A program made the position numbers and the translations under genes. The notes beneath the pieces are model-generated. The model worked only from the letters and a program-made list of their open reading frames with translations, was not told where the DNA came from and made no database searches. A stretch of 64,000 nucleotides of DNA. It comes from Clostridia bacterium (GTDB lineage: Bacteria; Bacillota; Clostridia; RUG12999). Where the stretch lies: NCBI GenBank assembly GCA_045577655.1, contig JAZNIU010000027.1, forward strand, positions 1,528 to 65,527, in the 5' to 3' direction. Of this stretch, positions 17,417 to 28,022 are shown piece by piece; the stretch's first letter is position 1; every line of letters begins with the position of its first letter.

Positions 17417-19102
17417 TCAGACCTCCACTATAATAGGAAGCAGCATGGGGCTGCGTTTTGTTTTTGAATAAAGGAAAGTTGAAAGGGAGTTTTTAACATT
17501 CAGTTTTATTGTTGACCAGTCATGAATGCCGCTAGCTTTCGAATTGTTTAGAGATTTCACAACAACGCTGCGGATTTCTTCTATTAAATCTTCCGATTCG
17601 CGAACATATACAAAACCTCTTGAAATAACATCAGGAGAGCCGGAAAGTTCGCCGGTTTCGGAGGAAATGGAAATCACAATTACAATAAGACCGTCCTGTG
17701 CAAGATGCTTTCTGTCTCTTAATACAATATTTCCTACATCGCCGACACCAAGTCCGTCCACAAGAATTCTGCCGGAAGGTACGGTGCTGACTGTTTTTGC
17801 ACCTTCGGGAGAAAACTCCAGCATCTGACCATTGCCGAGAATAAAAATATTTTCAGGCAAAACGCCCATTTTTTCGCCAAGTTTGGCGTGCTGTATCAGA
17901 TGACGGTATTCCCCGTGAACAGGAATAAAATATTTTGGTTTTGTTATGCCAAGTACAATTTTAAGTTCTTCCTGGCATGCGTGGCCGGATACATGAATTT
18001 CATTTGCAGATTCATATATTACCTCGGCGCCTCTTTTAAACAAATCGTCAACAACCTTTGAGATTGACGGTTCGTTTCCGGGGATAGGTTTTGCACTTAT
18101 AACAATTAAATCGCCGCTTCCAATTTCAACTTTTCTGTGGTCGGAAGAAGCCATACGGGACAGCGCACTCATGGGTTCACCCTGACTGCCGGTTGTGCAA
18201 ATAACCACCTGGTGCGGTTGATATTTTTTTATTTCGTCAATCGAAATAAGAGTGCCGCGTGGAATATCAATATATCCGAGAAGTGATGCCACCTCTACAA
18301 TATTCTCCATGCTTCTGCCTGAAACAGCAAGCTTTCTGCCGTGTTTTACGGTTGAATTTATCAGCTGCTGAATTCTGTGGACATTTGAAGCAAAAGTAGC
18401 AACAATAATCCTTTTTTTCTTGTAAGTTGAAAAAATTTCATCAAAGGTTATACCAACCTTGCTTTCTGACATAGTGTAACCGGGATTTTCAACATTGGTA
18501 CTGTCTGAAAGAAGGGCAAGCACCCCTTTCTTTCCAAGTTCACCAAGACGACCAAGGTCAATCATGGACCCTGAAATTGGCGTTGGGTCAATTTTGAAGT
18601 CGCCGGTGTGGATAACCGTACCCATAGATGTAGTAATTGCAAGCATTACAGCATCGGGTATGCTGTGATTTGAATGTATAAATTCAACAGTAAAATTGTT
18701 TCCTATTTTTACTTTGTCGCCTTGCTTTACGCAAACAAGTTTTGTTTTTGAAAGAAGTCCGTGCTCTTTAAGTTTGCATTCTACAAGACCAAGAGTCAGT
18801 CTTGCGCCGTAAACAGGTACATCCAGCTCTTTTAAAAGATAGGGAAGACCACCGATATGGTCTTCGTGACCGTGTGTTAAAAGAACAGCGCGTACTTTTT
18901 GCTTATTTTTGATAAGATATGTTATATCCGGTATAACAAGGTCAATTCCGAGCATATCATCGTCCGGAAAAGCAAGTCCGCTGTCCACAACTATCATATC
19001 GTTGCCGCACTCATACACATACATGTTTTTGCCGATTTCGTTGAGTCCGCCCAGTGCAACAACTCTGAGTTTTGGTTTTCGTGCCAAAAAATACACCTCC
19101 AT
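17417..19102 (-). CDS. rnj: Ribonuclease J
   Basis: LRVVALGGLNEIGKNMYVYE...LLTHGHEDHIGG is the beta-CASP metallo-beta-lactamase fold. 561 aa. Confidence 0.9.
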   Translation of the reverse strand: MEVYFLARKPKLRVVALGGLNEIGKNMYVYECGNDMIVVDSGLAFPDDDMLGIDLVIPDITYLIKNKQKVRAVLLTHGHEDHIGGLPYLLKELDVPVYGARLTLGLVECKLKEHGLLSKTKLVCVKQGDKVKIGNNFTVEFIHSNHSIPDAVMLAITTSMGTVIHTGDFKIDPTPISGSMIDLGRLGELGKKGVLALLSDSTNVENPGYTMSESKVGITFDEIFSTYKKKRIIVATFASNVHRIQQLINSTVKHGRKLAVSGRSMENIVEVASLLGYIDIPRGTLISIDEIKKYQPHQVVICTTGSQGEPMSALSRMASSDHRKVEIGSGDLIVISAKPIPGNEPSISKVVDDLFKRGAEVIYESANEIHVSGHACQEELKIVLGITKPKYFIPVHGEYRHLIQHAKLGEKMGVLPENIFILGNGQMLEFSPEGAKTVSTVPSGRILVDGLGVGDVGNIVLRDRKHLAQDGLIVIVISISSETGELSGSPDVISRGFVYVRESEDLIEEIRSVVVKSLNNSKASGIHDWSTIKLNVKNSLSTFLYSKTKRSPMLLPIIVEV

Positions 19103-19254
19103 TATTATTAAGTTTTTGTAAAAAGCCGACGAGGTCGACCGGTCCGTTCAAAAAGCATCTTTTTATATTATACCATAAATTCGTAAAATAATAAAGCTTT
19201 TTTTAAAAAAATATATTTTGTTTTTTCGAGAGGTATATTTTTCTAAAAAAACAC

Positions 19255-19284
19255 TTGTCATTCAACCTATATATATGGTATAAT
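19255..19284 (+). promoter_or_regulatory. Sigma-A type promoter with extended -10 (TTGTCA ... TGgTATAAT)
   Basis: -35 at 19255-19260 and TGgTATAAT at 19276-19284, upstream of the U32 peptidase gene. Confidence 0.5.
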
Positions 19285-19322
19285 AAAATAGTATAATTTT
19301 TTCTTCAGGAAGGTTGTTGCAA

Positions 19323-21380
19323 ATGAAACCCGAACTGCTTGCACCGGCTAATATAAATACTTTGACAACAGCGGTTCAGGCAGGAGCCGACGCGGTTTAT
19401 ATCGGAGGCACAAGGTTTGGCGCAAGACAGTATGCCGACAATTTTGACATTGCCGCACTGGAAAAGGCAATTGACTATGCACACCTAAGAGGAGTTAAAG
19501 TATATATTACAACCAACATTTTGGTTGGGGACAGTGAAATATCCGAGTTTCTTTTGTTTGTGAAAGAAGCGTATAACATAGGCGCAGACGCTTTTATACT
19601 GCAGGATATTGGTATGGCAATGCGTATAAAAGAACTGCTGCCCGAAGCAAAGCTTCACGCCAGCACACAGTTGACTGTTCATAATACCCAGGGCGCAGCT
19701 TTTATGAAAGAACTGGGATTTGAAAGGGTTGTAACTGCCCGGGAACTTTCCAAAGAGGAAGTAGCGGATATTGTGAAAAACAGCGGTGTGGAGATTGAAA
19801 TGTTTGTTCACGGAGCTCTTTGCATGAGCTATTCCGGTCAGTGCCTTATGAGCAGCATGATAGGAGCACGAAGCGGCAACCGTGGAGCATGCGCACAACC
19901 CTGCAGGCTTCCGTATGGACTTGTTTGCGGAAACAAAAAGCTTTCGGAAGGCTATCTTTTAAGTCCGAAGGATCTTAGCCTTTCAGGGAATATTGACGAC
20001 ATATTTGATGTTGGCGCAGCATCTCTTAAAATTGAGGGAAGAATGAAAGGTCCGGAATATGTTGCGGCAGCGGTCTTGGTTTTTCGAAAACTTATTGACG
20101 AGAAAAGAAACGCCACAGAGGAAGAAAAGTTCCTGCTTGAAAATGCTTTTAGCAGAGGTGGGTTTACCGGTGGGTGTTTCACATCAGATTTTAAAAATTA
20201 TATGCGTCCCGAAAGCGGAAATGATGATATATATAAAAACAGAGACAATAGTCTGTTAAAACAGCTTAAACCATTTAGCGATATAAATGCAAACTTTAAG
20301 AGAAATCCGGTGGAATTTACAGCAAAAGTTTTTGTCGGAGAAAATTTTTGGCTTAAAGCGGAGAGTATGGGGGAAGAGGTAACGCTCGAAGGTGAGGTTG
20401 TGCAGATGGCACAAAACAAGCCCACAAGTGCTGAAACCATTGAAAAGCAGATTGAAAAAACAGGAGATTTTCCGTTTGCTGCGCAAGAAACAAATGTCAG
20501 CGCCGGAGAAAATGTTTTTGTTACTCTGTCAGAAATAAACTCTTTAAGGCGTCATGCACTTTCCTTGCTTGAAGAGAAGATTGCCGGAAAATATAAACAT
20601 AACGCAGAAATTGATTTCTTGAATAAAAAAACAAAAAAAGAAAATGAAAAAACAGAGCTCTTTGTCTGGGTATCAAATGAAGACCAGCTTAAAGAGGTAA
20701 GAAAAGTATGGCAGGGAGGACTGTTTGTTCCCTGTGAGCTTGACTGCGGGGAAGAAGACATTGCAGTTTTCCCTGACATAATAAAAAATTCCTGGCTTGA
20801 AAGCTATGAAAAGATAATGAAAGAGCTAAAAAGTTGCAAAATTTGCACCGCGAATTATGCTATAATAAAAATGGCAAAAAAGTATGGTAAAGAAATTATA
20901 GGCAGCAGTGCTCTTAATGTTTTTAACAGTGAAACCGTTTCCGAATGGGAAAAGTATGGACTGTGCGGAGTTTTTCTTTCAGAAGAGCTCAATCTTGGTC
21001 AGGTTAAAAGCATTTCTTCCAAAGTTCCCGTTTTTGTTACGGCTTACGGCAAATCTGTTATGATGAAAACTGCAGTTTGTCCGGTGAAAGCGGCAATGGG
21101 GAAATGCCTTGGAGAAAAATGCGAAAGCTATCTTAAAGACAGAAAAAATGAAACCTTTGGAATAATGTGCGACAAACAGACCACGTTTATTTTAAATTCC
21201 AAACCGATTTATATGGCGGACAAACTTTCAGAAATTGAAAAGGCAAACGTCTTTGGTGCCGTTATTAAATTCACTGATGAGACCGGCGAAAAGTGCCGGG
21301 ATATTATAAAAAAATTTGTCAGCGAAAAAGAGCCTGACGGTCCTTTTACAAGAGGACATTATTACCGCGGGGTGACCTGA
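19323..21380 (+). CDS. Peptidase U32 family protein (collagenase-like, long form)
   Basis: MKPELLAPANI...AGADAVYIGG is the U32 N-terminus. RBS AGGAAGG lies 9 nt before the ATG at 19323; the ORF track's TTG at 19314 is less likely. Confidence 0.8.
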   Translation: MKPELLAPANINTLTTAVQAGADAVYIGGTRFGARQYADNFDIAALEKAIDYAHLRGVKVYITTNILVGDSEISEFLLFVKEAYNIGADAFILQDIGMAMRIKELLPEAKLHASTQLTVHNTQGAAFMKELGFERVVTARELSKEEVADIVKNSGVEIEMFVHGALCMSYSGQCLMSSMIGARSGNRGACAQPCRLPYGLVCGNKKLSEGYLLSPKDLSLSGNIDDIFDVGAASLKIEGRMKGPEYVAAAVLVFRKLIDEKRNATEEEKFLLENAFSRGGFTGGCFTSDFKNYMRPESGNDDIYKNRDNSLLKQLKPFSDINANFKRNPVEFTAKVFVGENFWLKAESMGEEVTLEGEVVQMAQNKPTSAETIEKQIEKTGDFPFAAQETNVSAGENVFVTLSEINSLRRHALSLLEEKIAGKYKHNAEIDFLNKKTKKENEKTELFVWVSNEDQLKEVRKVWQGGLFVPCELDCGEEDIAVFPDIIKNSWLESYEKIMKELKSCKICTANYAIIKMAKKYGKEIIGSSALNVFNSETVSEWEKYGLCGVFLSEELNLGQVKSISSKVPVFVTAYGKSVMMKTAVCPVKAAMGKCLGEKCESYLKDRKNETFGIMCDKQTTFILNSKPIYMADKLSEIEKANVFGAVIKFTDETGEKCRDIIKKFVSEKEPDGPFTRGHYYRGVT

Positions 21381-21382
21381 TA

Positions 21383-21736
21383 ATGATAAAAAAAGCAGAT
21401 GTTATTATTGCAATCATTGTTCTTGTTATTTCTTTTGGCGGATATTTTGCCACAGGTGCAGGTTTTAAAGCTGAAGAAAAAAATGTTGTGATTGAAGTGG
21501 ACGGGCAGCTGTTTGCAACATATTCCATGACTGAAACAAGAGAAGTTGATGTTAAGGGACACAACAGGGTTGAAATTACCCCTGAATATGTCAGAGTGAT
21601 ATATGCCGATTGCCCGGACAAGCTTGATGTCCGCCAGGGGAAAATTTCTTCTGTAGGCAGCATAATTGTATGTCTTCCAAACAGAATGACAGTCAGAATA
21701 ACGGGGGAATCTGAGATTGACGCACTCAGCTATTAA
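21383..21736 (+). CDS. NusG domain II-containing protein
   Basis: 117 aa with an N-terminal TM helix. Sits in the conserved position upstream of the Gx transporter gene in Clostridia. Confidence 0.45.
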   Translation: MIKKADVIIAIIVLVISFGGYFATGAGFKAEEKNVVIEVDGQLFATYSMTETREVDVKGHNRVEITPEYVRVIYADCPDKLDVRQGKISSVGSIIVCLPNRMTVRITGESEIDALSY

Positions 21737-22244
21737 AACATCAAAAATAACATATATTGCACTTTTTTCGGCACTTGGTGCGATTGTGCAGATTATAGAA
21801 AATCTTTTACCCACCACTCTTCCGCTTCCCGGTGGCAGACTTGGACTTTCAAACGTTGTTATAATGTTTGTTATGTTCTTCTATGGCGGGAAAGATGCTT
21901 TTCTGGTGGCAATACTTAAAAGTCTTGTTGCACTTTTGATTTCCGGAAATGTTACTGCATTGCCCTACTCGCTTGCGGGCGGTGTGTGCGCTGTTTTCGC
22001 AATGAATATGGCGCGGAGACAAATTAAAGGAATCGGACATGCAGGATGCGGTATTATAGGAGCTTTTTCAAACAACATTGCACAAACACTGGTTGGTGCG
22101 GCGATAATGTCCAATGTGTACGTTGTTTCGTATATTTTTGTTTTAGGACCTGTTTCAGTTGTTACCGGCACATTTACGGGCATTTTGTCCGGTTATGTGT
22201 TTGAAAAATTTAAAAACGGAGAAAGAGTATGGAAAAAAGGATAG
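21717..22244 (+). CDS. Gx transporter family protein (heptaprenyl diphosphate synthase component I-like)
   Basis: 175 aa polytopic membrane protein in the typical NusG-dII/Gx pairing. Confidence 0.5.
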   Translation: MTHSAIKTSKITYIALFSALGAIVQIIENLLPTTLPLPGGRLGLSNVVIMFVMFFYGGKDAFLVAILKSLVALLISGNVTALPYSLAGGVCAVFAMNMARRQIKGIGHAGCGIIGAFSNNIAQTLVGAAIMSNVYVVSYIFVLGPVSVVTGTFTGILSGYVFEKFKNGERVWKKG

Positions 22245-22810
22245 TGCTGGCTTCGGCATCACCGAGGAGAAAAGAAATTCTTAGAAACATTGGTCTTGAA
22301 TTTGAGATAATTCCGTCAGGCGCTGATGAAAAGATTTCAGAAGGTCTTGACCCTTGTATGATTGTTCAGGAGCTTTCTCTTGCAAAAGGTGCAGAGGTAG
22401 CTGCAAGGACAAAAAATGCAATTGTAATTTCTGCGGACACCATTGTCTGTTACGACGGGGAAATACTTGGAAAACCTGCAGACGCAGAAAAAGCAAAAGA
22501 AATGCTTAAAATGTTGTCGGGGAACTCGCACGAGGTTTATACCGGGATAAGTGTTACCGATTCAAAAAGCGGCAAAGCTGTTTCTGACTATGAAATGACC
22601 AAAGTTGTTTTCAGAAAGCTGACAGACCGTGAAATTGACGGATATATTCAAACGGGCGAAAGTATGGACAAGGCAGGGGCTTACGGAATCCAGGGTATTG
22701 GCGGTCTGCTTGTTGAGTCCATTTCGGGAGACTATTTTAATGTTGTAGGGCTTCCCGTGGCTAAACTTTACGAGATACTTAAAGAAGAATTTAATATAAA
22801 CATATTGTAA
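22229..22810 (+). CDS. maf: Maf family nucleoside triphosphate pyrophosphatase (septum formation protein)
   Basis: The N-terminus RIVLASASPRRKEILRNIGLEFEIIPS is diagnostic. Confidence 0.85.
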   Translation: MEKRIVLASASPRRKEILRNIGLEFEIIPSGADEKISEGLDPCMIVQELSLAKGAEVAARTKNAIVISADTIVCYDGEILGKPADAEKAKEMLKMLSGNSHEVYTGISVTDSKSGKAVSDYEMTKVVFRKLTDREIDGYIQTGESMDKAGAYGIQGIGGLLVESISGDYFNVVGLPVAKLYEILKEEFNINIL

Positions 22811-22823
22811 GGAGATGTGTATC

Positions 22824-23852
22824 ATGATGTTTTCAAAAGATATAGGAATTGACCTTGGAACAGCTAATTCGCTTGTTTATGTAAAGGGAAAAGGTATTGT
22901 AATAAACGAGCCCTCGGTGGTAGCGGTTAATGTTTCCACAGGCGAAGTTATGGCAGTGGGTGATGAAGCAAAAGATATGCTGGGAAGAACACCCGGAAAC
23001 ATTGTTGCAGTCCGTCCCATGCAAGACGGTGTAATTGCCGACTTTGAAGTTACCCAGGCTATGATGAAAAAACTTATAACAAAAGCTATGGGTGGCGGCG
23101 GCCAGCTCTTTAAACCAACCGTTGTAATCTGTATTCCCTACGGTGTTACAGAAGTGGAAAAGCGTGCCGTTGAGGAAGTTGTTCTGCAGGCAGGCGCAAA
23201 AGATGTTTACATGGTATATGAACCAATGGCGGCGGCGATTGGTGCGGGACTTCCTGTTGGCGAACCGTTTGGCAATATGATTGTCGACATTGGCGGAGGA
23301 ACAAGCGAAGTTGCAGTTCTTTCTCTTGGCGGAATTGTTGTTTGCAATTCCATCAGAGTTGCAGGAGATGCTTTTGACAATGCAATAGTGAATTATATTA
23401 AAAGAGAACATTCTGTTCATATCGGCGAAAGAACTGCTGAAGAGATTAAAGTGAAAATCGGTTCAGCATATCCGTATGAAGACGAATATTCAATGGAAGT
23501 GAAAGGTCGCGACCTTGTTACAGGACTTCCGAAAGTTACAAAAATCAGGCCGGACGAAGTAAGAAATGCGTTGTTTGAACAGATTGGTGCCATAATCGAA
23601 GCGATTAAAACATCACTTGAAGCATCGCCGCCGGAAATAGCTGCCGATATTATGGACAGAGGCATCATGCTTGCAGGCGGCGGAGCAATGCTCAGAGGTC
23701 TTGACAGAATTATTGAAATTGAAACCAAAATTAAAGTTAAAATTGCCGAACAACCACTTGACTGTGTTGTTAAAGGTATTGGTAAAATTCTTGAAGGCAC
23801 AGATAAAAATAATCTTAAAAGAGTTCTTGAAAACCCAAAAACAAGTAGATAA
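22824..23852 (+). CDS. mreB: Rod shape-determining protein MreB
   Basis: MFSKDIGIDLGTANSLVY is the actin-like ATPase signature. AGGAG lies 9 nt before the ATG at 22824. Confidence 0.9.
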   Translation: MMFSKDIGIDLGTANSLVYVKGKGIVINEPSVVAVNVSTGEVMAVGDEAKDMLGRTPGNIVAVRPMQDGVIADFEVTQAMMKKLITKAMGGGGQLFKPTVVICIPYGVTEVEKRAVEEVVLQAGAKDVYMVYEPMAAAIGAGLPVGEPFGNMIVDIGGGTSEVAVLSLGGIVVCNSIRVAGDAFDNAIVNYIKREHSVHIGERTAEEIKVKIGSAYPYEDEYSMEVKGRDLVTGLPKVTKIRPDEVRNALFEQIGAIIEAIKTSLEASPPEIAADIMDRGIMLAGGGAMLRGLDRIIEIETKIKVKIAEQPLDCVVKGIGKILEGTDKNNLKRVLENPKTSR

Positions 23853-23869
23853 TTTCGGAGTGATGAAAA

Positions 23870-24712
23870 ATGCTTAATGAACTGCTGAAAAAAAGGTTTC
23901 TGACAGTTCTTATTGTGGTTGTTATTATAGTGTCTCTTATTGCCGGAATCGGTAGAATTTTTCCAGGCAAAGACGGGAAAAGGGCAAATTTTGTTGCTGA
24001 CGCCGTTGGCATAATCGTAAGTCCGTTTCAGGGAGCTTTTTCATGGGCTGTAGGAAATATTTGCGATGTTGTCAATTTTTTTGGCAGTAGCAAATGGAAA
24101 AGTGAAGAGATAGAAAGACTCAATAAAGAAATTGCTGCTCTTGAAAATAATTTAAGTGAACTTGATGCATACAAAGAGCAGAACGACACATTAAGAAATC
24201 TTCTGGAAATTCAGAAACAGAATATAGAGTACGATCCTGTTTGTGCAGAAGTTATCGGCAGGGAAGCAGAAAACTGGTCGGGACTTATAAAACTTAATAA
24301 AGGCACGCTGAGCGGCATTGCGAAAAAAGATGTTGTAATTTCCAATGATGGACTGGTTGGTTATGTCAGCGAGGTGGGAACAAATTGGTGTGTTGTTACC
24401 ACAATTGTTTCGCCCGATTCGGGGATTAGTTGTGTTATACCCAGGACAGGCGAAATTGTTATACTTGACGGGGAAGTCAAGGATTCGGGCAGCAACAAAT
24501 GCAAACTATCATACATTGCTGCCGACAGTCTGATTGCTCAGGGTGAAGCTGTTGAAACAAGCGGTGAGGGCGGAATTTACCCGCAAGGGTTTTTCGTTGG
24601 CAGAGTTGATAATATTTATAACGCAAAAGACGGAATATCAAAAGAGGCCGATGTTAAAACAGCGGTTGATTTCAGAAGATTAAGAGATGTTTTGGTTTTC
24701 AGAAAAAAATAG
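23870..24712 (+). CDS. mreC: Rod shape-determining protein MreC
   Basis: N-terminal TM helix, coiled-coil region and beta-rich C-terminus, in synteny after mreB. Confidence 0.75.
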   Translation: MLNELLKKRFLTVLIVVVIIVSLIAGIGRIFPGKDGKRANFVADAVGIIVSPFQGAFSWAVGNICDVVNFFGSSKWKSEEIERLNKEIAALENNLSELDAYKEQNDTLRNLLEIQKQNIEYDPVCAEVIGREAENWSGLIKLNKGTLSGIAKKDVVISNDGLVGYVSEVGTNWCVVTTIVSPDSGISCVIPRTGEIVILDGEVKDSGSNKCKLSYIAADSLIAQGEAVETSGEGGIYPQGFFVGRVDNIYNAKDGISKEADVKTAVDFRRLRDVLVFRKK

Positions 24713-24736
24713 AAAAAGAAAGAGTGGTGGGAGAAA

Positions 24737-25228
24737 ATGACAAGCTGGATATTTACTGGGTTTTTAGCGCTTATCTATTTGCTCCAGACTGCTCTTTTTG
24801 CAAATATGGCAATACTGGGTGTAGTGCCGGATATTATACTTGTTTGTTTATTGTGTTATACAATACTTTTTGGCAGAGAAAAAGGATTTGTATGTGCTCT
24901 TGTGACAGGGTTTGTTGTTGATTTGCTCACAGGCGACTTTTTTGGCAGACATATTATTATTTATGTTTTTTCTTCAGCACTTGCTGATTTTCTCACAGGA
25001 AAACTGTTTGGAAAAAACTTTCTTACGGCAGCACTTATTACTCTCATTGTAAGTTTTCTGGGAGGGGTTGTAATGGCTGTATATATGTATGCTGCAAAAA
25101 TTGACAGAAACATTTTTTATCTTATGTTTCAGACAGCGCCTCTGTACGCGGCGTATAACGCAGTTATAAGTATTTTTATGTTTTTCCCGGTGGAAAGCCT
25201 TAAAAGCTATTCTTTCAGGAAGGAGTGA
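24737..25228 (+). CDS. mreD: Rod shape-determining protein MreD
   Basis: 163 aa polytopic membrane protein directly after mreC. Confidence 0.6.
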   Translation: MTSWIFTGFLALIYLLQTALFANMAILGVVPDIILVCLLCYTILFGREKGFVCALVTGFVVDLLTGDFFGRHIIIYVFSSALADFLTGKLFGKNFLTAALITLIVSFLGGVVMAVYMYAAKIDRNIFYLMFQTAPLYAAYNAVISIFMFFPVESLKSYSFRKE

Positions 25229-25232
25229 CACC

Positions 25233-27290
25233 ATGAAATTTGCTCAAAAATTTTTTGAAAACAGACTTTTGGTTCTTATCTGTGTAGCAGTTCTTATGGC
25301 ACTCATTCTGACAGTGCAGGCGGTTAAACTCCAGCTTGTTCAGGGGGAATATTATAAACAGGTATCTGCTGACAGAACATATAAAAACATTACTATTAAG
25401 GCTCCGAGAGGAGAAATTGTGGACCGATATGGCAGAATACTTGCAGGCAACAAGTCTGCCTCCAGTATTGTTATTGACTATAATTTTGAATCAAAAGAAA
25501 AGCTTAACGATACGATTATTGCACTTCTTGAGATTGTTGAGCAAAGCGGCGAGCACTATGAAGACTCTTTGCCAATCTCGTATGATGAACCCTACAGTTT
25601 CAGATTCGGTGAGGTCAGAGGGCTTAATTTAAACGAAGCAGAATGGAAAGAAAAATATGAAATAAACAAAACTTTTTCGCCAAAACAGGTGCTGGCGTTT
25701 CTTGAAGAAAAATATGAAATAAAAAACATTGATGATAAAAAGCTTAAAAGGAAATTGATTGGCGTCAGGTATGATATGCAGCTCAGGAATTTCAGCAGCG
25801 CAAATCCATTTTCTTTTATGACCGATATAGATATAACGCTGGTTTCTAAAATAAAAGAAAACTCTGACAGACTTGGTGCTGTTGAGATAATCATTGAACC
25901 GGTCCGTGACTATGGTGAAAATTGTATTGCAGCACACCTGCTTGGCAGGGTGGACAAAATCTACCGTGAAGAATATGAAAAACTGCAGTACAAAGGATAT
26001 GGTATGAATGATACCATAGGCAAAGACGGTCTTGAAAAATATCTTGAAGAATATTTAAGAGGAACAGACGGCAGAGAGGGAAGAGACGTCAGCATGAAAG
26101 GCAAGACAGTTACTCTCTCAAAAAATGTTGAGGCTGTTCCCGGCAAAAAAGCGGTGCTCAGCATAGATGCAAAAGTTCAGGAGGCAGCCGAAAAAACCCT
26201 TGCGGAATCGGTACATGCTTATTATGACGAGGGAGTAACTCAGGTAGGGGGCGGCGCCGCAGTTGCCATTGATGTAAACACCGGTGAAGTGCTTGCACTT
26301 GCAAGCTATCCGACATACAATCTCGGAACATTCAGAGAAGATTATTCCCGCCTTTCAAACAACAGCAAAAATCCAATGTTCAACAGGGCGATAGCAGGAG
26401 CATATCCTCCGGGGTCAACCTTTAAAGCGCTGACCGCGATAACTGGTCTTGAAGAGGGAGCAATTTCAGGGTCTACAATAATAACCTGTAATGGTCCCTA
26501 CCAGGCCTATGCACCTTCTTATACACCTGCATGCTGGATACACAACGATTATGGCGGCAGTCACGACGGTATCGGCGTTGTGTCGGCACTTGAAGTTTCC
26601 TGTAACATATATTTCTATGAAACAGGCAGGCGTCTTGGTATAGAAAAGTTAAATGAATATGCCGAAAAGTTCGGTCTTGGCAAAAAAACAGGCATAGAAC
26701 TGAGCGGCGAAAGCGAAGGAATTCTTGCCGGCCCAAAATACAGGGAAAGCATTGATGCTGTGTGGTATCCCGGGGATACAATTCAGGCGGCAATCGGTCA
26801 GTCGGATAATATGTTCACGCCCATTCAGATGGCAAACTATACTGCAACCATTGCAAATGGCGGAACAAGGTATGTGCCGCACATTGTGAAAAACATAGTA
26901 TCTTATGATGGAAAGCATACAATAGCATCATTTAAACCAACAGTTGCTGAAAAGATAGATATATCCAAAGAAAATCTAGAGCTTGTCCACCAGGGCATGA
27001 GAGCGGTTGTTGAAACAGGAAGTGCCAAGATTACTTTCAGCGATTATGAGATTGACGTTGCGGGTAAAACAGGAACGGCTCAGTCGGGAGGCGGCAGAAC
27101 ACCGCACAGCTGGTTTATATCCTTTGCACCTTATGACGACCCTCAGATTGCCATTGCGGTTATTATTGAGAACGCCGGTGTTAACGGACTTGGCAAATAT
27201 GTTTACAATGTAGCAAGAAATATGTATGAGGCATATTTTGACAGCGCAGAAACAGAAGAACCAGAGAAATATAATTCAATTTTAAACTGA
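25233..27290 (+). CDS. mrdA: Penicillin-binding protein 2 (elongasome transpeptidase)
   Basis: Motifs STFK (GSTFKAL), SCN (EVSCNIY) and KTGTA. 685 aa with an N-terminal membrane anchor. Confidence 0.85.
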   Translation: MKFAQKFFENRLLVLICVAVLMALILTVQAVKLQLVQGEYYKQVSADRTYKNITIKAPRGEIVDRYGRILAGNKSASSIVIDYNFESKEKLNDTIIALLEIVEQSGEHYEDSLPISYDEPYSFRFGEVRGLNLNEAEWKEKYEINKTFSPKQVLAFLEEKYEIKNIDDKKLKRKLIGVRYDMQLRNFSSANPFSFMTDIDITLVSKIKENSDRLGAVEIIIEPVRDYGENCIAAHLLGRVDKIYREEYEKLQYKGYGMNDTIGKDGLEKYLEEYLRGTDGREGRDVSMKGKTVTLSKNVEAVPGKKAVLSIDAKVQEAAEKTLAESVHAYYDEGVTQVGGGAAVAIDVNTGEVLALASYPTYNLGTFREDYSRLSNNSKNPMFNRAIAGAYPPGSTFKALTAITGLEEGAISGSTIITCNGPYQAYAPSYTPACWIHNDYGGSHDGIGVVSALEVSCNIYFYETGRRLGIEKLNEYAEKFGLGKKTGIELSGESEGILAGPKYRESIDAVWYPGDTIQAAIGQSDNMFTPIQMANYTATIANGGTRYVPHIVKNIVSYDGKHTIASFKPTVAEKIDISKENLELVHQGMRAVVETGSAKITFSDYEIDVAGKTGTAQSGGGRTPHSWFISFAPYDDPQIAIAVIIENAGVNGLGKYVYNVARNMYEAYFDSAETEEPEKYNSILN

Positions 27291-27309
27291 CAGGAGAGAA
27301 ATATCAGAA

Positions 27310-27897
27310 ATGATGGTACAGCTTAAAGGAGTGATGGGTGGCATAAAACTCAAAGCAGCTCCGGTGAAAAATACATTATCACTTATGGAAGAGATAAAAG
27401 AAAAGCTTGTTTCTGTGAAAGAGCTTTTGAAAAACCAGGAAGAGATAACTGTATGGATTGAAAGTTCCACACTTTCTTTTGCTGAAAAACTTTATATCCG
27501 CAAATATATATTTGATATGTTTGGAGAAAACACACTTGTGAATTTTGATGTCCCGAAAGAAGAAGCTCCGGTTTCGGTCTTTCATTCGGGGACACTCAGG
27601 TCAGGACAAAAACTTTGTTCTGACGGACACATAATAGTCCAGGGGGATGTTAATCCGGGGGCGGAACTTAAAGCTGCCGGCAATGTTGTTGTTCTTGGGA
27701 CACTTAAAGGAATTGTTCATGCGGGTGCAGGCGGAAACAGGTCGGCAAGTGTCAGCGCACTTTCTCTTTGTCCGACCCAGATAAGAATTGCTGATGTCAT
27801 TACAAGGTCGCCTGACCAGACAGAAGATCCGCAAATCCCGGAAACCGCTTACATAATGGAAGACAGAATTTATGTGGAGCCTCTTGTCAGAAAGTGA
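27310..27897 (+). CDS. minC: Septum site-determining protein MinC
   Basis: C-terminal beta-helix repeats (GDVNPGAELKAAGNVVVLG) in synteny before minD. Confidence 0.7.
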   Translation: MMVQLKGVMGGIKLKAAPVKNTLSLMEEIKEKLVSVKELLKNQEEITVWIESSTLSFAEKLYIRKYIFDMFGENTLVNFDVPKEEAPVSVFHSGTLRSGQKLCSDGHIIVQGDVNPGAELKAAGNVVVLGTLKGIVHAGAGGNRSASVSALSLCPTQIRIADVITRSPDQTEDPQIPETAYIMEDRIYVEPLVRK

Positions 27898-27903
27898 AAA
27901 ATA

Positions 27904-27933
27904 TTGACAAACAGGGCATTTTTGTTGTAGAAT
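27904..27933 (+). promoter_or_regulatory. Sigma-A type promoter (TTGACA - 18 nt - TAGAAT) upstream of minD
   Basis: -35 at 27904-27909 and -10 at 27928-27933, with a TG dinucleotide just upstream of the -10. Confidence 0.5.
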
Positions 27934-28022
27934 TTATCTAACGATTGCAGGCATATACACAAAGATTCGACAAGCAGAGTATGATATAATTATCTCGAAA
28001 AATTTATATTTTGGAGGTAATT

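Noticed and set aside
19120-19145. GC-rich palindrome-like patch (GCCGACGAGGTCGACCGGTCCG) in the AT-rich rnj/U32 divergent region
   Set aside because: It has only short imperfect symmetry (a GTCGAC core) and no T-tract or obvious operator spacing. It is not enough to call a feature.
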